From positions 1,116,001 to 1,180,000 of the forward strand of contig NW_025765392.1 in the NCBI RefSeq assembly GCF_003918875.1: a DNA stretch of 64,000 nt, written 5' to 3'. Positions 49,123 through 61,100 of this stretch are shown here, piece after piece. Every line of letters begins with the position of its first letter. Within the stretch, counting starts at the first letter, position 1. The DNA comes from Haliotis rubra. Lineage: Eukaryota. The notes under the pieces were generated by a model. That model had not been told where the DNA came from and made no database searches. It worked only from the letters and a program-made list of their open reading frames with translations. Position numbers and translations under genes: made by a program.

Positions 49123-50352
49123 TTACTGTGTTATCTGGACGAAGAATCCTAAAGACACAGCCATCCAAAGAACCGTGAATATAACCATACACAGAGAGTC
49201 AGCAGTTACACAGTACCCACCAGAACTACTCCGACCTTCCAGAAGCTTTCCAGTTGGATTCCCACTGCCGGCCAAACCATTGGTTTTAGAATCCAGTTGA
49301 ACCTGGTCCATGATCCTGCGTCTACTTCCTGGAAATGGTAAGGAGCAAAACAGAGGAATCACAAATAATGGTGACTGTGGGGTTTTCTTGTTGGCCTTCG
49401 CAGGATCTTTCATGACGATGAGGATGGTGGCGACCACGGACAGAACGCTGATACCGAGGAGACACGTTAGATACAATGTGACCATTGGGATGTTGTCGGA
49501 CGATTTTGGAAGTAGCCCACTCACGATGCTCATGAATACAGTCAGAGCGAGAAGGCACGTGATGGCATACGAAACTTTCTCGCCACAGTCACACGGAAGT
49601 GAGAAGACGAATATGTTGAGAAATGAAAGCACAACAACAGGTATTATTACATTGAGGACAAAAAACATCGGTCGCCTTTCAAGATCAATGTCAACGTAAA
49701 AGAAAGAGAAGGTTGAATCTACGAAGGTTCTTTCAGTAGTGTATGCTCTGGAAGCTGAAAGAATCCATTCTCCATTTTCTGTGTACGCTTGGGTGCCTGC
49801 GCTGATGAGTGTTGAAACCATCTTCAGCTCATTTGAAAAATAGCTGACGGGTAGAAATCGGAACTGGCATGTCTGATCATCAAATGGAAATAATGTCAGA
49901 TCGAGCTTGCAGTCAGTTGCAAAGTTTGCTCCAGGTAACCAAGTTACTCTGCCTTCGCTGTTAACTGTAATGGCGGATGTCTCGTCTTTGAAGACATCCC
50001 GATCCTCAAGAGACACTGGTACGATGAGTTTCGGTCTCCATATGTCAGTCAGTGGAGGGTGTATAAACTTTATGCCATTATAGTCCTCAGGTTTCCAGGT
50101 TAGAAACTCGTCCCGCCATGTTAGATTCATCAACACGTAGCTATGTAAGATCTGTCTGACCTGGTCTACTTCAGTTATGGCCACCAAGTTAAATCGGCTG
50201 TGAACGTCAACATGTTGACTCTGGTTGTATACTGGTCTCATTTTAGTGCTGTAGTTTCCAAACATGTCGCTGTATAGCCTCTTAATCGCCTCAATACTGC
50301 CTGCTGCAGATCTACACATAGCCAACAGCACCAGCACATACAGGAGCTTCAT
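49123..50352 (-). CDS. nAChR-like Cys-loop channel subunit with intronless CDS, copy D (409 aa)
   Basis: Intact ORF with signal peptide, Cys-loop CKLDLTLFPFDDQTC, GEK and 4 TM segments. Confidence 0.95.
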   Translation of the reverse strand: MKLLYVLVLLAMCRSAAGSIEAIKRLYSDMFGNYSTKMRPVYNQSQHVDVHSRFNLVAITEVDQVRQILHSYVLMNLTWRDEFLTWKPEDYNGIKFIHPPLTDIWRPKLIVPVSLEDRDVFKDETSAITVNSEGRVTWLPGANFATDCKLDLTLFPFDDQTCQFRFLPVSYFSNELKMVSTLISAGTQAYTENGEWILSASRAYTTERTFVDSTFSFFYVDIDLERRPMFFVLNVIIPVVVLSFLNIFVFSLPCDCGEKVSYAITCLLALTVFMSIVSGLLPKSSDNIPMVTLYLTCLLGISVLSVVATILIVMKDPAKANKKTPQSPLFVIPLFCSLPFPGSRRRIMDQVQLDSKTNGLAGSGNPTGKLLEGRSSSGGYCVTADSLCMVIFTVLWMAVSLGFFVQITQ

Positions 50353-52116
50353 CTTCCTTCGTCCCCTTTGAATGCAATGAGGTGCTGATCCCCAGCTGTT
50401 TATTGAAAACTATCTACATTACGAATGAGACCAATTTGTTTGGTCCTGGTATATGATTGGACAAACAGGACAGAAAGCCAAACTGTTCAATAGCCATCGA
50501 GCTTCCACATGTCCATCAAACGCTTTCGCCTTTGTCGCTCAGTTATGTTGACATTTAAGCCAATATTCAATGGAACCGCATCGTGCACGCACAATCCTTT
50601 TTTGCACGAAATTGAATTAATGTATTCTCTTAAAACACATAATTTCTTAATTGTTGTTGCTGTTGTAAACTGTCCTAAGGGACTGGGAAACGAACAAACA
50701 GTTCAAGACAGAGGGATTGCTCTGTCAATCAACCATTGTATTGTATTTGCATAGTTAGTATCGATCACGTTATACTCCGATTGATTGAGTAGTGAACCGG
50801 CTGTCCAATTCCGGTCAAATAGCAAACTTACTGTTAGCCAGAAAGTAGGCCTCATTTATGTAGTGAATGTAGTTTTACGTGATGCACAGGCGTTTCTATC
50901 TGTATCACTGCGATTCCGTGCCTGGCAATCCTACTTCACAGCTCGAAGACTCCATCATGCAGACAATACTCTGTAGCCATGAGATCCTCTTACATCCGCG
51001 TGATACTTGTCACTTACTACCCTACACCTACATTGTAAAATGATAAGATATTACATAACATTTTGTTATATTTGATTTTGTGCCATAACAACAATACTTT
51101 CGTTGCTCTATCACATTGATTTACTGACACTGCAGATCAACAACAAGAGCTATTTTTTACCCAACTCTACAAGAGGATGAGTTGGCCCTCAAGGCAGGCG
51201 CAAGTTTCAAAACAGAATCTGGCATCACATACGGTTTGTCATCACAATAAAACACCATTGAAAACTGTACCCTAAAATAACTGGATCCTTTTTATGTATA
51301 ACAGTACATTTCAGGAAATGCCACTTTTAGAGTATACGACATGGAGCAAATGATAAACTGAAGCATTTGAAGTGTCTAATGAACTAAGTCAGTATGTTTT
51401 TCTTTTCTCTTAATATGCAGATAAGGTCTAGATGATGGGCATTTATTTCCTTTTAACTGAAGGAATCAGTTATTATTAACATTCACCTTTCACCTTTTAG
51501 AACAATACAAACATGAGATGGTCTAGTTTCCGTAACAACTGAAGAACCCTCAGCCTGGTATGGGTTGAACGATGTGTTTTTGGCTGCCAGAGGGTTTGTC
51601 ATCACCTTCCAATACATACACATGTTTCTCTAGTTTGGCATCTCGTACTATGTGCAGAAACAGGATGAATTAGTTGTTTACACAGATATGGTAAGAAGAT
51701 GTCCTTCATGACAGAATTACATCCACATCGCAGTATAGCCATAGTGCAAAGATATTTTTGAATAAAATCTTCATACTGCCCACAATAGGTAAATGTGCAA
51801 ACAGGGAATCACTATATTTAAGTATATACTCTAACGGGAAAAAGTAACAGTGCATAATATCAAATTATATAAAAGCTATTTGAAAAGTATAAAGATATCC
51901 CTAAATAAAAATGCAGCAAGGCAGTTTGCATGAAATTTGATGTCACATATCGTGGGTGGCACGTGTACTTTGTGCACAACGAACTTACTCACATCTTGCA
52001 TGCTTTTGACTCCTGAAGTTCACACACCTGATATTGCAAATTGAATTCAAATTGGTTGATAATTTTCTAGCCTCTGAATGTTGAGGAAAACTTCAACCTA
52101 TACTGCGCGTACTGTC

Positions 52117-52743
52117 ATGCCTCGGCTTACAGAAAGTCAGCGTCTCCGCGCCGTGGGTATGTTGGAGAATGGTCTGGTCCAAAATGAAGTGGCCAGACAT
52201 TTTAGTATTCAACAAAACACGACATCATCTCTGAGATATTGTCAGTATAATGGGAACACGACAGATTTGCCTCGGACCGGCCATCCACGCGGGACGTCAC
52301 ATCAGCAAGACAACCACATTCGACTGACCCATCTAAAGAATCGATTCCAGACTGTCAGTTTGGGAATGCAGCACATCTCATGGTCGGACACAACTTGTCA
52401 TTGTCAATGGCAATCTGCGATACAGGGATGTACTCATTGGGCCTCATGTACAGCCGTTCATTCAAAGACAGAGACGTAACTTCACGCTTCAACAAAACAA
52501 AATTCCCGAACACATGTCGCTCGTGTTTTGACTGAACGTTTGGTACTTTCATGGAGCCGTCTCCTAACGAGCATGCTTGAGATGAAATGGAGCGAGGTTT
52601 ACGTCAAGCCTAGAAATGACGTCAGCTGAATTGGGACACGTGTTGGTTCAAACATAGAATATCATTTCCCAAGGTGAGTGTGGGTTATGCATCGTCATTG
52701 TCAAGGCTGCATCAACGCCAATCGTGGACACACACGATGTTGA
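52117..52743 (+). mobile_element. Second Tc1 transposase relic (paralogs near 47590-47900 and 42245-42400)
   Basis: MPRLTESQRLRAVGMLENG..EVARHF..PRTGHPR..QDNHIR and terminal GHTRC*. Confidence 0.8.
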
Positions 52744-53169
52744 ATTTGTGACTTGACTTCTGACACCACATCTCTTCAAAGGCGTTTTACGATGTCTAGA
52801 GTCAAATCATGCAGATTTCGATATTATCTTGTCAAAAGTTAAACACTGGTTAAGGAAAACACTACAAATGATGTAATTATCTTTTTGCATTAAAAATGAC
52901 ATGAAATCCAATAATGCAAAATTACTTTATTCCAGTAGTATATATTGAAACTGTGTTCCCAAACACAGATGTAGCCACAGTAATTAGTATAAAGTATCAA
53001 ACATTTGCACGTGTTACATTTGGAATGGGCAAGTCTAAACACGTTTGTGAAAAGCATCTCGATAAATTGCGTGGAGCTCATAAATGTCTAAAACTGCCGT
53101 CGTTCTACGAAGGTAACTTGATTCATGTTTGATCATTCTAAAATTACACAGGTAATGAACCACATCATT

Positions 53170-53940
53170 CCACGACTCACGACTGGATGTGCCAACGTCA
53201 GGTGGCTGTGTCACTGTACAGACGTTTTCAAAACAATAATGACGTTGCCGGTCGCCCACGTGCAGGACGTCCACACGTCACAACGCCAAGAAAGAACAAT
53301 ACGGGTGTCCCATCTCCGGCCAAGGTTCCAGACTGCAGTGACCACTACTCAGACCATCCTAGGACTTCGGCGGAACGCAGCCAGGAACCACTTACGTCAT
53401 TACGGGTTACGACCACGTCGTCCCGTACTTACAGCCTGTCCTGACGCAACGTCATTGAGAAAATTGCCAAGTTAAGCCAAAATCATGACTGTCAACCTCG
53501 GTTGTGGTGGACGTTGTTTCTACAGAAGTGTCCGTATTTATCATTTCCCATAATGACGAATGCCAACGTGTTTCCAGACGTGGTGTGGACTATATAGATT
53601 GATCCGATTTTCGAACCACTATTCTATTTTGTCAACGTTACGACAAACCTTTTGAGATTTCGACCGGATAATGCTTGTCCTGACAGGCCTAGTGTTACTT
53701 TTGCTTTTCCTGAACCGCACAATATTTACGTAATGTCTTTGCCTGCAAATGTTCCGGATCTCATCCCTATAGAGAATGTGAGGGATGAAATGTAGCTATG
53801 TTTACACCATACCAAATCCGCAAGATAACGTTCGTGGATCGCATATAATATGGTAAGCCCTTTCTCAGGCTTCCGTGACCATTTGATAGACACTATGCGC
53901 CGTCGATGTACGACTGCACTGTATGTTGGACATACCCCAA
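53170..53940 (+). mobile_element. Most complete copy of the co-duplicated Tc1 relic
   Basis: QRQVAVSLYRRFQ..GRPRAGRP, then PDLIPIENVRDE-like and GHT-like remnants. Confidence 0.75.
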
Positions 53941-54227
53941 ATTTGTGAGATTGTTGTTTGATCCCTGCCCCGCATTAGGACGTATTTCATGGACATGAAA
54001 CATGCTGTTCTGCCATCTTTGTATAATGTTAATATCCGTTGATCAAAGTGTGCATTGTAACTTTTCATTGCTGTTATGTTTCCAAATCTAGAAAGAATAT
54101 AAAAAATGAATAGCTTTGTTTAGTATATGATGATCCATCAGGATATTCTTGAACTGTTACTTAAGTACAACTGTTACAGGTAGTTTAAGGCTTTACTATA
54201 TTGGCACAAAGTCATGAGAAAATTCCT

Positions 54228-55439
54228 TTATTGTGCTATCTGGATGAGGAATCCCACAGAAACAACCATCCAGAGAATTGTGAATATAACCATACACAGA
54301 GAGGCAGCAGTTTGACTTTGACCTTCTAGAACCTTTCCAGTTGGATTCCCATTGCCAGCCGAACCATCGGTTTTAGAATCCAGTTGAACCTGGTCCATGA
54401 TCCTGCGTCTACTTCCTGGAAATCGAAAGGAGCAAAAACGAGGAATTACAAACAATGGCGATTGCGGGATTTTCTTGTTGGCCTTCGCAGGATCTTTCAT
54501 GACGATGAGGATGGTGGCGACCACGGACAGAACGCTGATACCGAGGAGACACGTTAGATACAGGGTGACAATTGGGATGTTGTCGGATGATTTTGGAAGT
54601 AGGTCACTGACGACACTCATGAATACAGTCAGAGCGAGAAGGCACGTGATGGCATACGAAACTTTCTCGCCACAGTCACGCGGAAGTGAGAAGACGAATA
54701 CGTTGAGAAATGAAAGCACAACAACAGGTATTATTACATTGAGGACAAAGAACATCGGTCGCCTTTCAAGGTCAATGTCAACGTAAAGGAAAGAGTAAGT
54801 GGAATCTACGAAGGTTCTTTCAGTAATGTATGCTCTGGAAGCTGAAATACTCCGTTCTCCGTTTTCTGTGTACGCTTGGGTGTTGGCACTAACCAGCGAT
54901 GAAACCATCTTCGGCTCATTTGAATCATAGCTGACAGGTAGAAGCTGGTACTAGCATGTCTGAACATCAAATGGAAATAAAGTCAGATCTAACTTGCAGT
55001 CAGTTGCAAAGTTTGCCCCAGGAAACCAAGTTACTCTGCTGTCGCTGTAAACTGTAACAGAGGCTGTCTCGTCTTTGAAGACATCCCGATCCTCAACAGG
55101 CACTGGTACGATGAGTTTCGGTCTCCAAATGTCAGTCAGTGGAGGGTGCATAAACTTTATGCCGCTATAATCCTCAGGTTTCCAGGTGAGAAACTCGTCC
55201 CGCCATGTTATATTCATCAACACGTTGCTATGGAGAATCTGTCTGATCTGGTCTACTTCAGTTATGGCCACCAAGTTGAATCTGCTGTGAACGTCAACAT
55301 GCTGACTCTGGTTGTATACTGGTCTGATTTTAGTGTTGTAGTTTCCAAACAGGTCGCTGTACAGTCTCTTCATCGCCTCAATACTGCCTGCTGCAGATCT
55401 ACACAGGGCCAACAGCATCAGCACATGCAGGAGCTTCAA
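54228..55439 (-). pseudogene. Receptor copy E with one in-frame TAG (54951-54953) directly after the Cys-loop
   Basis: Track ORFs 54951-55439 and 54228-54908 are in the same frame; CAG(Q) is changed to TAG. Also ENGEW>ENGER, PCDC>PRDC and a short deletion before M4. Confidence 0.9.
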
Positions 55440-56319
55440 ATTTTTGTCGTCTGTGATGGTAATGAGGCACTGATCAGCAGCTATATATTAAATACGTTCC
55501 ACATTTTCCGTAGGAGAACCACCACACACGTGAGAACAATTGTTCAGTATGGATGTTTGGATAAACAAAACAGATAGCCAAACTATTTAATCGCCACCGA
55601 GCTTCATTTCATCCATCAAACACTTTTGCTTTTGTCATTCAGCAAGCTATCTTGACAATTAGACCGATATCCACGCACAATGCTTTCCCTCACGAAACTG
55701 AATTAATGGCATTGTTTACACATCAATATTGACGGTTATATAGAACAGAATTATCCTTACCCGAATTACCAATACTCGATACGTTTTGAAGTTTAACATT
55801 GTGCCTGCTATAAGATATAAGGTACAAAGTTATGTTTTTGTCTTCGTGAAACACTATTTCTCTTAACTGCTGTTGCTGTTGTAGAAACGTCTAAAGTGAG
55901 TTGGAAACCGACAAACATTTCATCTCCAGATAGATGGAGTGCTCTGTCAATTAATCATTTGATTGTATTTACATAGTAAATATCGATCACATTATACTCT
56001 GACTGCATGAATATGGAAACGGCTGTCCAATCCGCTCACCGTGCTTACTGTTGGCCAGACAGTAGGCCTCATGGAGCGTATGTTGTTTAACGTGGTGCAC
56101 TGGCGTTTCTATCTGTATCATTGCAATTCCAACCCTGACAAATCGTACAGTCGGGCACGATGCTTCCACCATACAGGCAATACAATGCCCCATACAAACG
56201 TGTATTTTCGTTGCGCTATCACATTGACTGACTGAAACTGCAGATCAACAGCAGAAGGTATTTTTATCCAACTCTACAGGAGGAAGAGTAGGCCCTCAAG
56301 GTGGTAGTCATTCAGTTTC

Positions 56320-56569
56320 NNNNNNNNNNNNNNNNNNNNNNNNNNNNNNNNNNNNNNNNNNNNNNNNNNNNNNNNNNNNNNNNNNNNNNNNNNNNNNNNN
56401 NNNNNNNNNNNNNNNNNNNNNNNNNNNNNNNNNNNNNNNNNNNNNNNNNNNNNNNNNNNNNNNNNNNNNNNNNNNNNNNNNNNNNNNNNNNNNNNNNNNN
56501 NNNNNNNNNNNNNNNNNNNNNNNNNNNNNNNNNNNNNNNNNNNNNNNNNNNNNNNNNNNNNNNNNNNNN
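56320..56569. other. Assembly gap (250 N)
   Basis: Run of N. Confidence 1.
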
Positions 56570-56789
56570 TTTTCTCCGCTGTTCTTGACCACAAACTGTT
56601 TAACCCAAGCTGTATCAAACAGGCTATTTATCAACTAAGCACCATCAAACAATGAAATGGTTGATCCCTTATGATGAAAGAAATGACTATAATCAGCAAC
56701 TTTTCAGCCTCAAATACAATGAAAAGTTTTCAGTCATTACAAATGACCGTCCGATCCACTTGCAATATGCTCTTGCTTTAGTAATATTA

Positions 56790-58145
56790 TAGTAGTTTGT
56801 CAACTCTTGCTGGACAACTTCAAGACTCAATTGTCTTTATTGAAATACGATTTAAAAATGAGGTCTTTTATCACAAGAATTATAGCATTTAAAGGGTCAT
56901 TGTTTTTAGTAGGAAATCCCAAAATAACATTTTCTTTATTGAAAGATTTTCTAGTTTCTGCGACATTATTTATCCAATGTTGAATATCTGTCCATAAAAA
57001 GTTGACATGTTTACAATACCAGAATAGGTGGCTGATATCACAATCTAATTCTTTACATTTAGTGCACACTGGGGACTGTTTATATCCCATCTTGAAGAGA
57101 TATTTTTCAACAGGAAGGACTCTATTTATCACTCTGTACTTGAGCCACCATAATAACCTAATAATACGTTATAGAAGTGTTTTGATCCCTCTACACCCAA
57201 TTTGATATGACAGATATTATATGGTAAAATCGGCTGACATAATGGCAAAGCCCTTTCTTCAACATGTTTGTTCAAATTAACCTTCAAAGCATTTCTAAGT
57301 CCATAAAAAAATAGTGTTTTGCATTTAATATTATACATATTTCTGACTGACTGAGTTTAGTTTAACGCCGCTTTTAGCAATATTCCAGCAATATCACAGC
57401 GGGGGACACCAGAAATGGGCTTAACACAGTGTGCCCATGTGGGGAATCGAACCCGGGTCTTCGGCGTGACGAGCCAACGCTTTAACCACTGGGATTACAC
57501 CTCCCGCAAGAAGAACATCTTTCCAAAATGTATTACTAATTTTTGATAATACATAATCTTTAATATACACTGCATCCATTTCAAAAATGTTACTGGGTAT
57601 GACATTTGATTCATAGAGAAAGGTAACATAACTATTTTGTAAATTCAAAATTCTTTTAGCCCAAGAAGGTTTTTGAGCATATATATAATCTGTTATACTA
57701 GGAACTTTAATACCACCATCTGGAATATTGCAAATAATTCTTTCCCTTTTAATTTTGTCTGGTTTATCATTCCATATAAATTGGAAACATTTTGCCTGAA
57801 AGTTATTAATAATAGCATTTCCTGGGGTTGGTATCTTTGCAAAAAGATGATTTAGTTTTGGTATCAACATGGATTTTAATATAGTATTTCTTCCCAGAGG
57901 TGTTAAAATTCTACACTTCCATAGTCTCAATAGGTTATCTATCTCTTTAAATTTCACTTCATAATTATCATGTATCATATTTTCTAAAGATACATCGAAG
58001 TGAATGCCGAGCAGTTTAAAGGATTCCGCCCAAACTGCTTTGCAATTTTTGCATATTTTCAGTCTACTGCGGTTTTTTTATTCAATCCAAATCAACCTAT
58101 TTGTCTTATCGATATTTACTTTCAGTCCCGAGAACCTAGCGAAAA
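56790..58145 (-). mobile_element. L1/Tx1-like LINE ORF2 3' remnant
   Basis: WKCRILTPLGR..LIPKLNHLF..FIWNDK..DGGIKVP and C-terminal CTKC..HLFWYC knuckle; interrupted by a SINE and cut by the Nimb-type LINE. Confidence 0.8.
57343..57505 (-). mobile_element. SINE family A inserted in an L1/Tx1-like remnant
   Basis: Reverse-complement match; interrupts the LINE ORF2 remnant. Confidence 0.9.
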
Positions 58146-58147
58146 GG

Positions 58148-61100
58148 GTGAGTGAGTGAGTGAGTTAATATTTAACGTCACATCGGCAATATTTCAGCCA
58201 TATCGTGACGAGAACAGTTGACATTTAAATAGAATATATATACAGAGATTATAAAAACCTGCCGACGAAGGACAGTAAAACAACTAGAATATCACAGATA
58301 TACATGTAAAACTAGTAATTAAATCTAAAACATTTTAACTTTAGGGGACATCACAATATAAAAATAGGCAATAGATCGCCAACAACTGAAGGTAGATGAC
58401 CATACTAGGAACCATGGGGACTTATATTACTTTTGCTACCTGTATGGACCCTAGCTGGATTTACACCATCCCTTCAGCCATTGACGACAGAAGAGAAATC
58501 TAGCCATAAATTAAAAGCACACATATTCTACGATTAAAAACCTGGTACACTTAAATTGACTAAATGGACAATAATTTTACAATACTTCAACCCCCGTTGA
58601 GGGTACAGCCACTAACAATCTCAGTTACTAATTCAAACTACCAATAATAAAATATATATCTATTTACAAATCACTTAACAAATCTAATTCTTTTAAAAAT
58701 GCAATAATTAAATGAGAACTAACATTAAAAAGATCCTTCATAGTGTTTACTTTGAAATAATTATCCCTTGTGATGGTATATTCAATGCAGTCAAGCAAGA
58801 CATGCTTGACTGTGATTCTTTCACACAAGGGATGCAAAACGGAGGATCTTCGCTTTAAGCAAATATTCATGGGTATACCTTGTATGGCCAATGCGACATC
58901 GCCGCATAATGACCTCTTCAAATCTGGACTGACAACCCAAGTAGGTGTAACCAATGTAGGGTTTTATTGCATGTAATTTATTAACACCTACTTGGGTGTC
59001 CCACTTCTTCTGCATCAGATCACGGATGTAGGTTCTAATGCTAGCTTTGTAATCAGAGTATGGAATAAGAAGTGGTGTCACAGATTTGTTGAGTGCTGCC
59101 TTAGCAGCAAGATCGGCCATTGTATTCCCGGAAATGCCAACGTGGCTGGGTAACCAACAAAAGACGATGTCGCATTGGCCAGTAGCAAGCTCATTATACA
59201 ATTCAATAATGTCTAATAAAAGTGGATGTTTACAAGAAATATTTTTAATAGCCTGAAGACACGAAAGAGAATCAGAAAAGATAATGTATTGTTTATATTT
59301 ACGGTGTTTATTTATATATTTAAGAGCTGTTAATATGGCGTTAGCTTCTGCTGTGAAAATAGAGCTGTTATTTGGTAGTCGAGAAGATATTGTTTTGGCC
59401 ACCGCGCCACCATCCTTGGATCCATCTGTAAATAAGGATTTGTAGGTATTATACTTTAGTTTTAATTGATTATAGTCTTGTTTATATTGTAAGTCATTAG
59501 TTTCAGATTTTTTGTCAGAGTTAGGTCAACTTCAGGCCTAACCAGTTGCCAAGGAGGAGAAGAAAGAAGACGAGAAGGAGATATATTCTCCAGCTCAATG
59601 CCGGCAGCAGACAGGAATGGCTTAATTCTGTGCCCAAGAGGCGGAACAAGAGAAGGTTTTTTGTTGTATAAATCCTCATAGAGGGGATGAAAGACACAGT
59701 TATATGCAGGGTTAGACTCATTAGAATATAGTTTTGTAATATATTGTAAAGATAATTTTCTACGGCGTTGTGCAAGAGATGGCTCATCTGCCTCGACGTA
59801 GAGACTGTCAACAGGAGAAGTTCGAAAGGACCCAAGACAAAGTCTCAGACCTTGGTGGTGGACAGAATCAAGTAGTTTTAGATTGCTTTTGCAGGCTCCA
59901 CCATATACGATGGAGCCATAATCAAGTTTCGAGCGGACCAATGATCGATATAGGTGGAGGAGGGTAGTTTGATCCCCTTCCCACTTTGAGTTGGAAACAA
60001 CTTTCAACAAGTCAAGTGCCTTCAGGCATTTAGTTTTTAGGGATTTAATATGCGGAAGAAAGGTTAAATGGGAGTCAAAACTTAAACCCAAGAACTTGGC
60101 CTCCTTCACAACTTTGATGGGTGTGCCATTTAAAGATAGTTCAGGGTCTTTATGCGGTTTGTATTTACGGCAGAAATGTATACAATTAGTTTTGGATTTC
60201 GAAAATTTAAAGCCGTTTTCCAGACACCATTTATTTATCTTGTTTAAACACAATTGCAGTTGTCGTTCGATAGTATGCATATTTTTACCACGACAAGACA
60301 TATAAAAATCATCCACAAAAAGTGATCCATCTATTGAATCATTTAAAACCTTGGATAAACTGTTGATCTTGATACTAAACAATGTGACAGACAAAATACT
60401 GCCTTGTGGGACACCCTGATCCTGATTGTAATGATCAGACAGGGTAGATCCCACGCGGACTTGAAATTGTCTAGCAATAAATTGAGGCAAACGGCCTCGC
60501 AATCCGAAGCCATGTAAATCTTTTAAAATTCCATATTTCCACGTAGTGTCATCGTCCTTCTCAAGATTAAAAAAGATAGACACAGCGTGTTGTTTATTAA
60601 TGAGTGCGTTTTTAACAAATGATTCCAAACGCACTAGGTGATCGACAGTACTTCTGTTTTTGCGGAAACCACATTGTATATCTGTTATAAGGTTATTAGT
60701 TTCCAAGTACCAAACAAGTCGATTATTAATCATGCGTTCCATGGTTTTGCAAACACAGCTAGTCAGTGAAATAGGTCGGTAATTTGACGGATCTGTATGA
60801 TCACGTCCTGGTTTAGGTATTGGTACAACTATAGCGTCCCGCCATGAGGAAGGGAATTCCCCTGACGTCCAAATATCATCAAAAATATGTAATAGCGTTT
60901 CTAAACATGATTCCGGTAAGTGCTTCAGGAGTTGATAATGTATGTTATCAGCTCCTGCAGCAGTATCGTGAGCTTGATCAAGAGCAGTATGGAGTTCATG
61001 AATAGAAAATGTTTCATTATAATCTTCCCCATTATCTGAATGGAAATTAATAGTTTTCTTTTCTTCTTGTTTTTGATATTGTAGGAATTTAGGCACATAA

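Noticed and set aside
54951-54953. Programmed readthrough or recoding of the TAG in copy E
   Set aside because: A simple C>T from the paralogous CAG, accompanied by other damaging substitutions; no evidence for recoding.
56274-56634. ORFs spanning poly-X
   Set aside because: Artefacts of the N gap.
57421-57978. 185-aa ORF as a gene
   Set aside because: A chimera of LINE ORF2 remnant reading into an inserted SINE (VVKALARHAEDPGSIPHMG).
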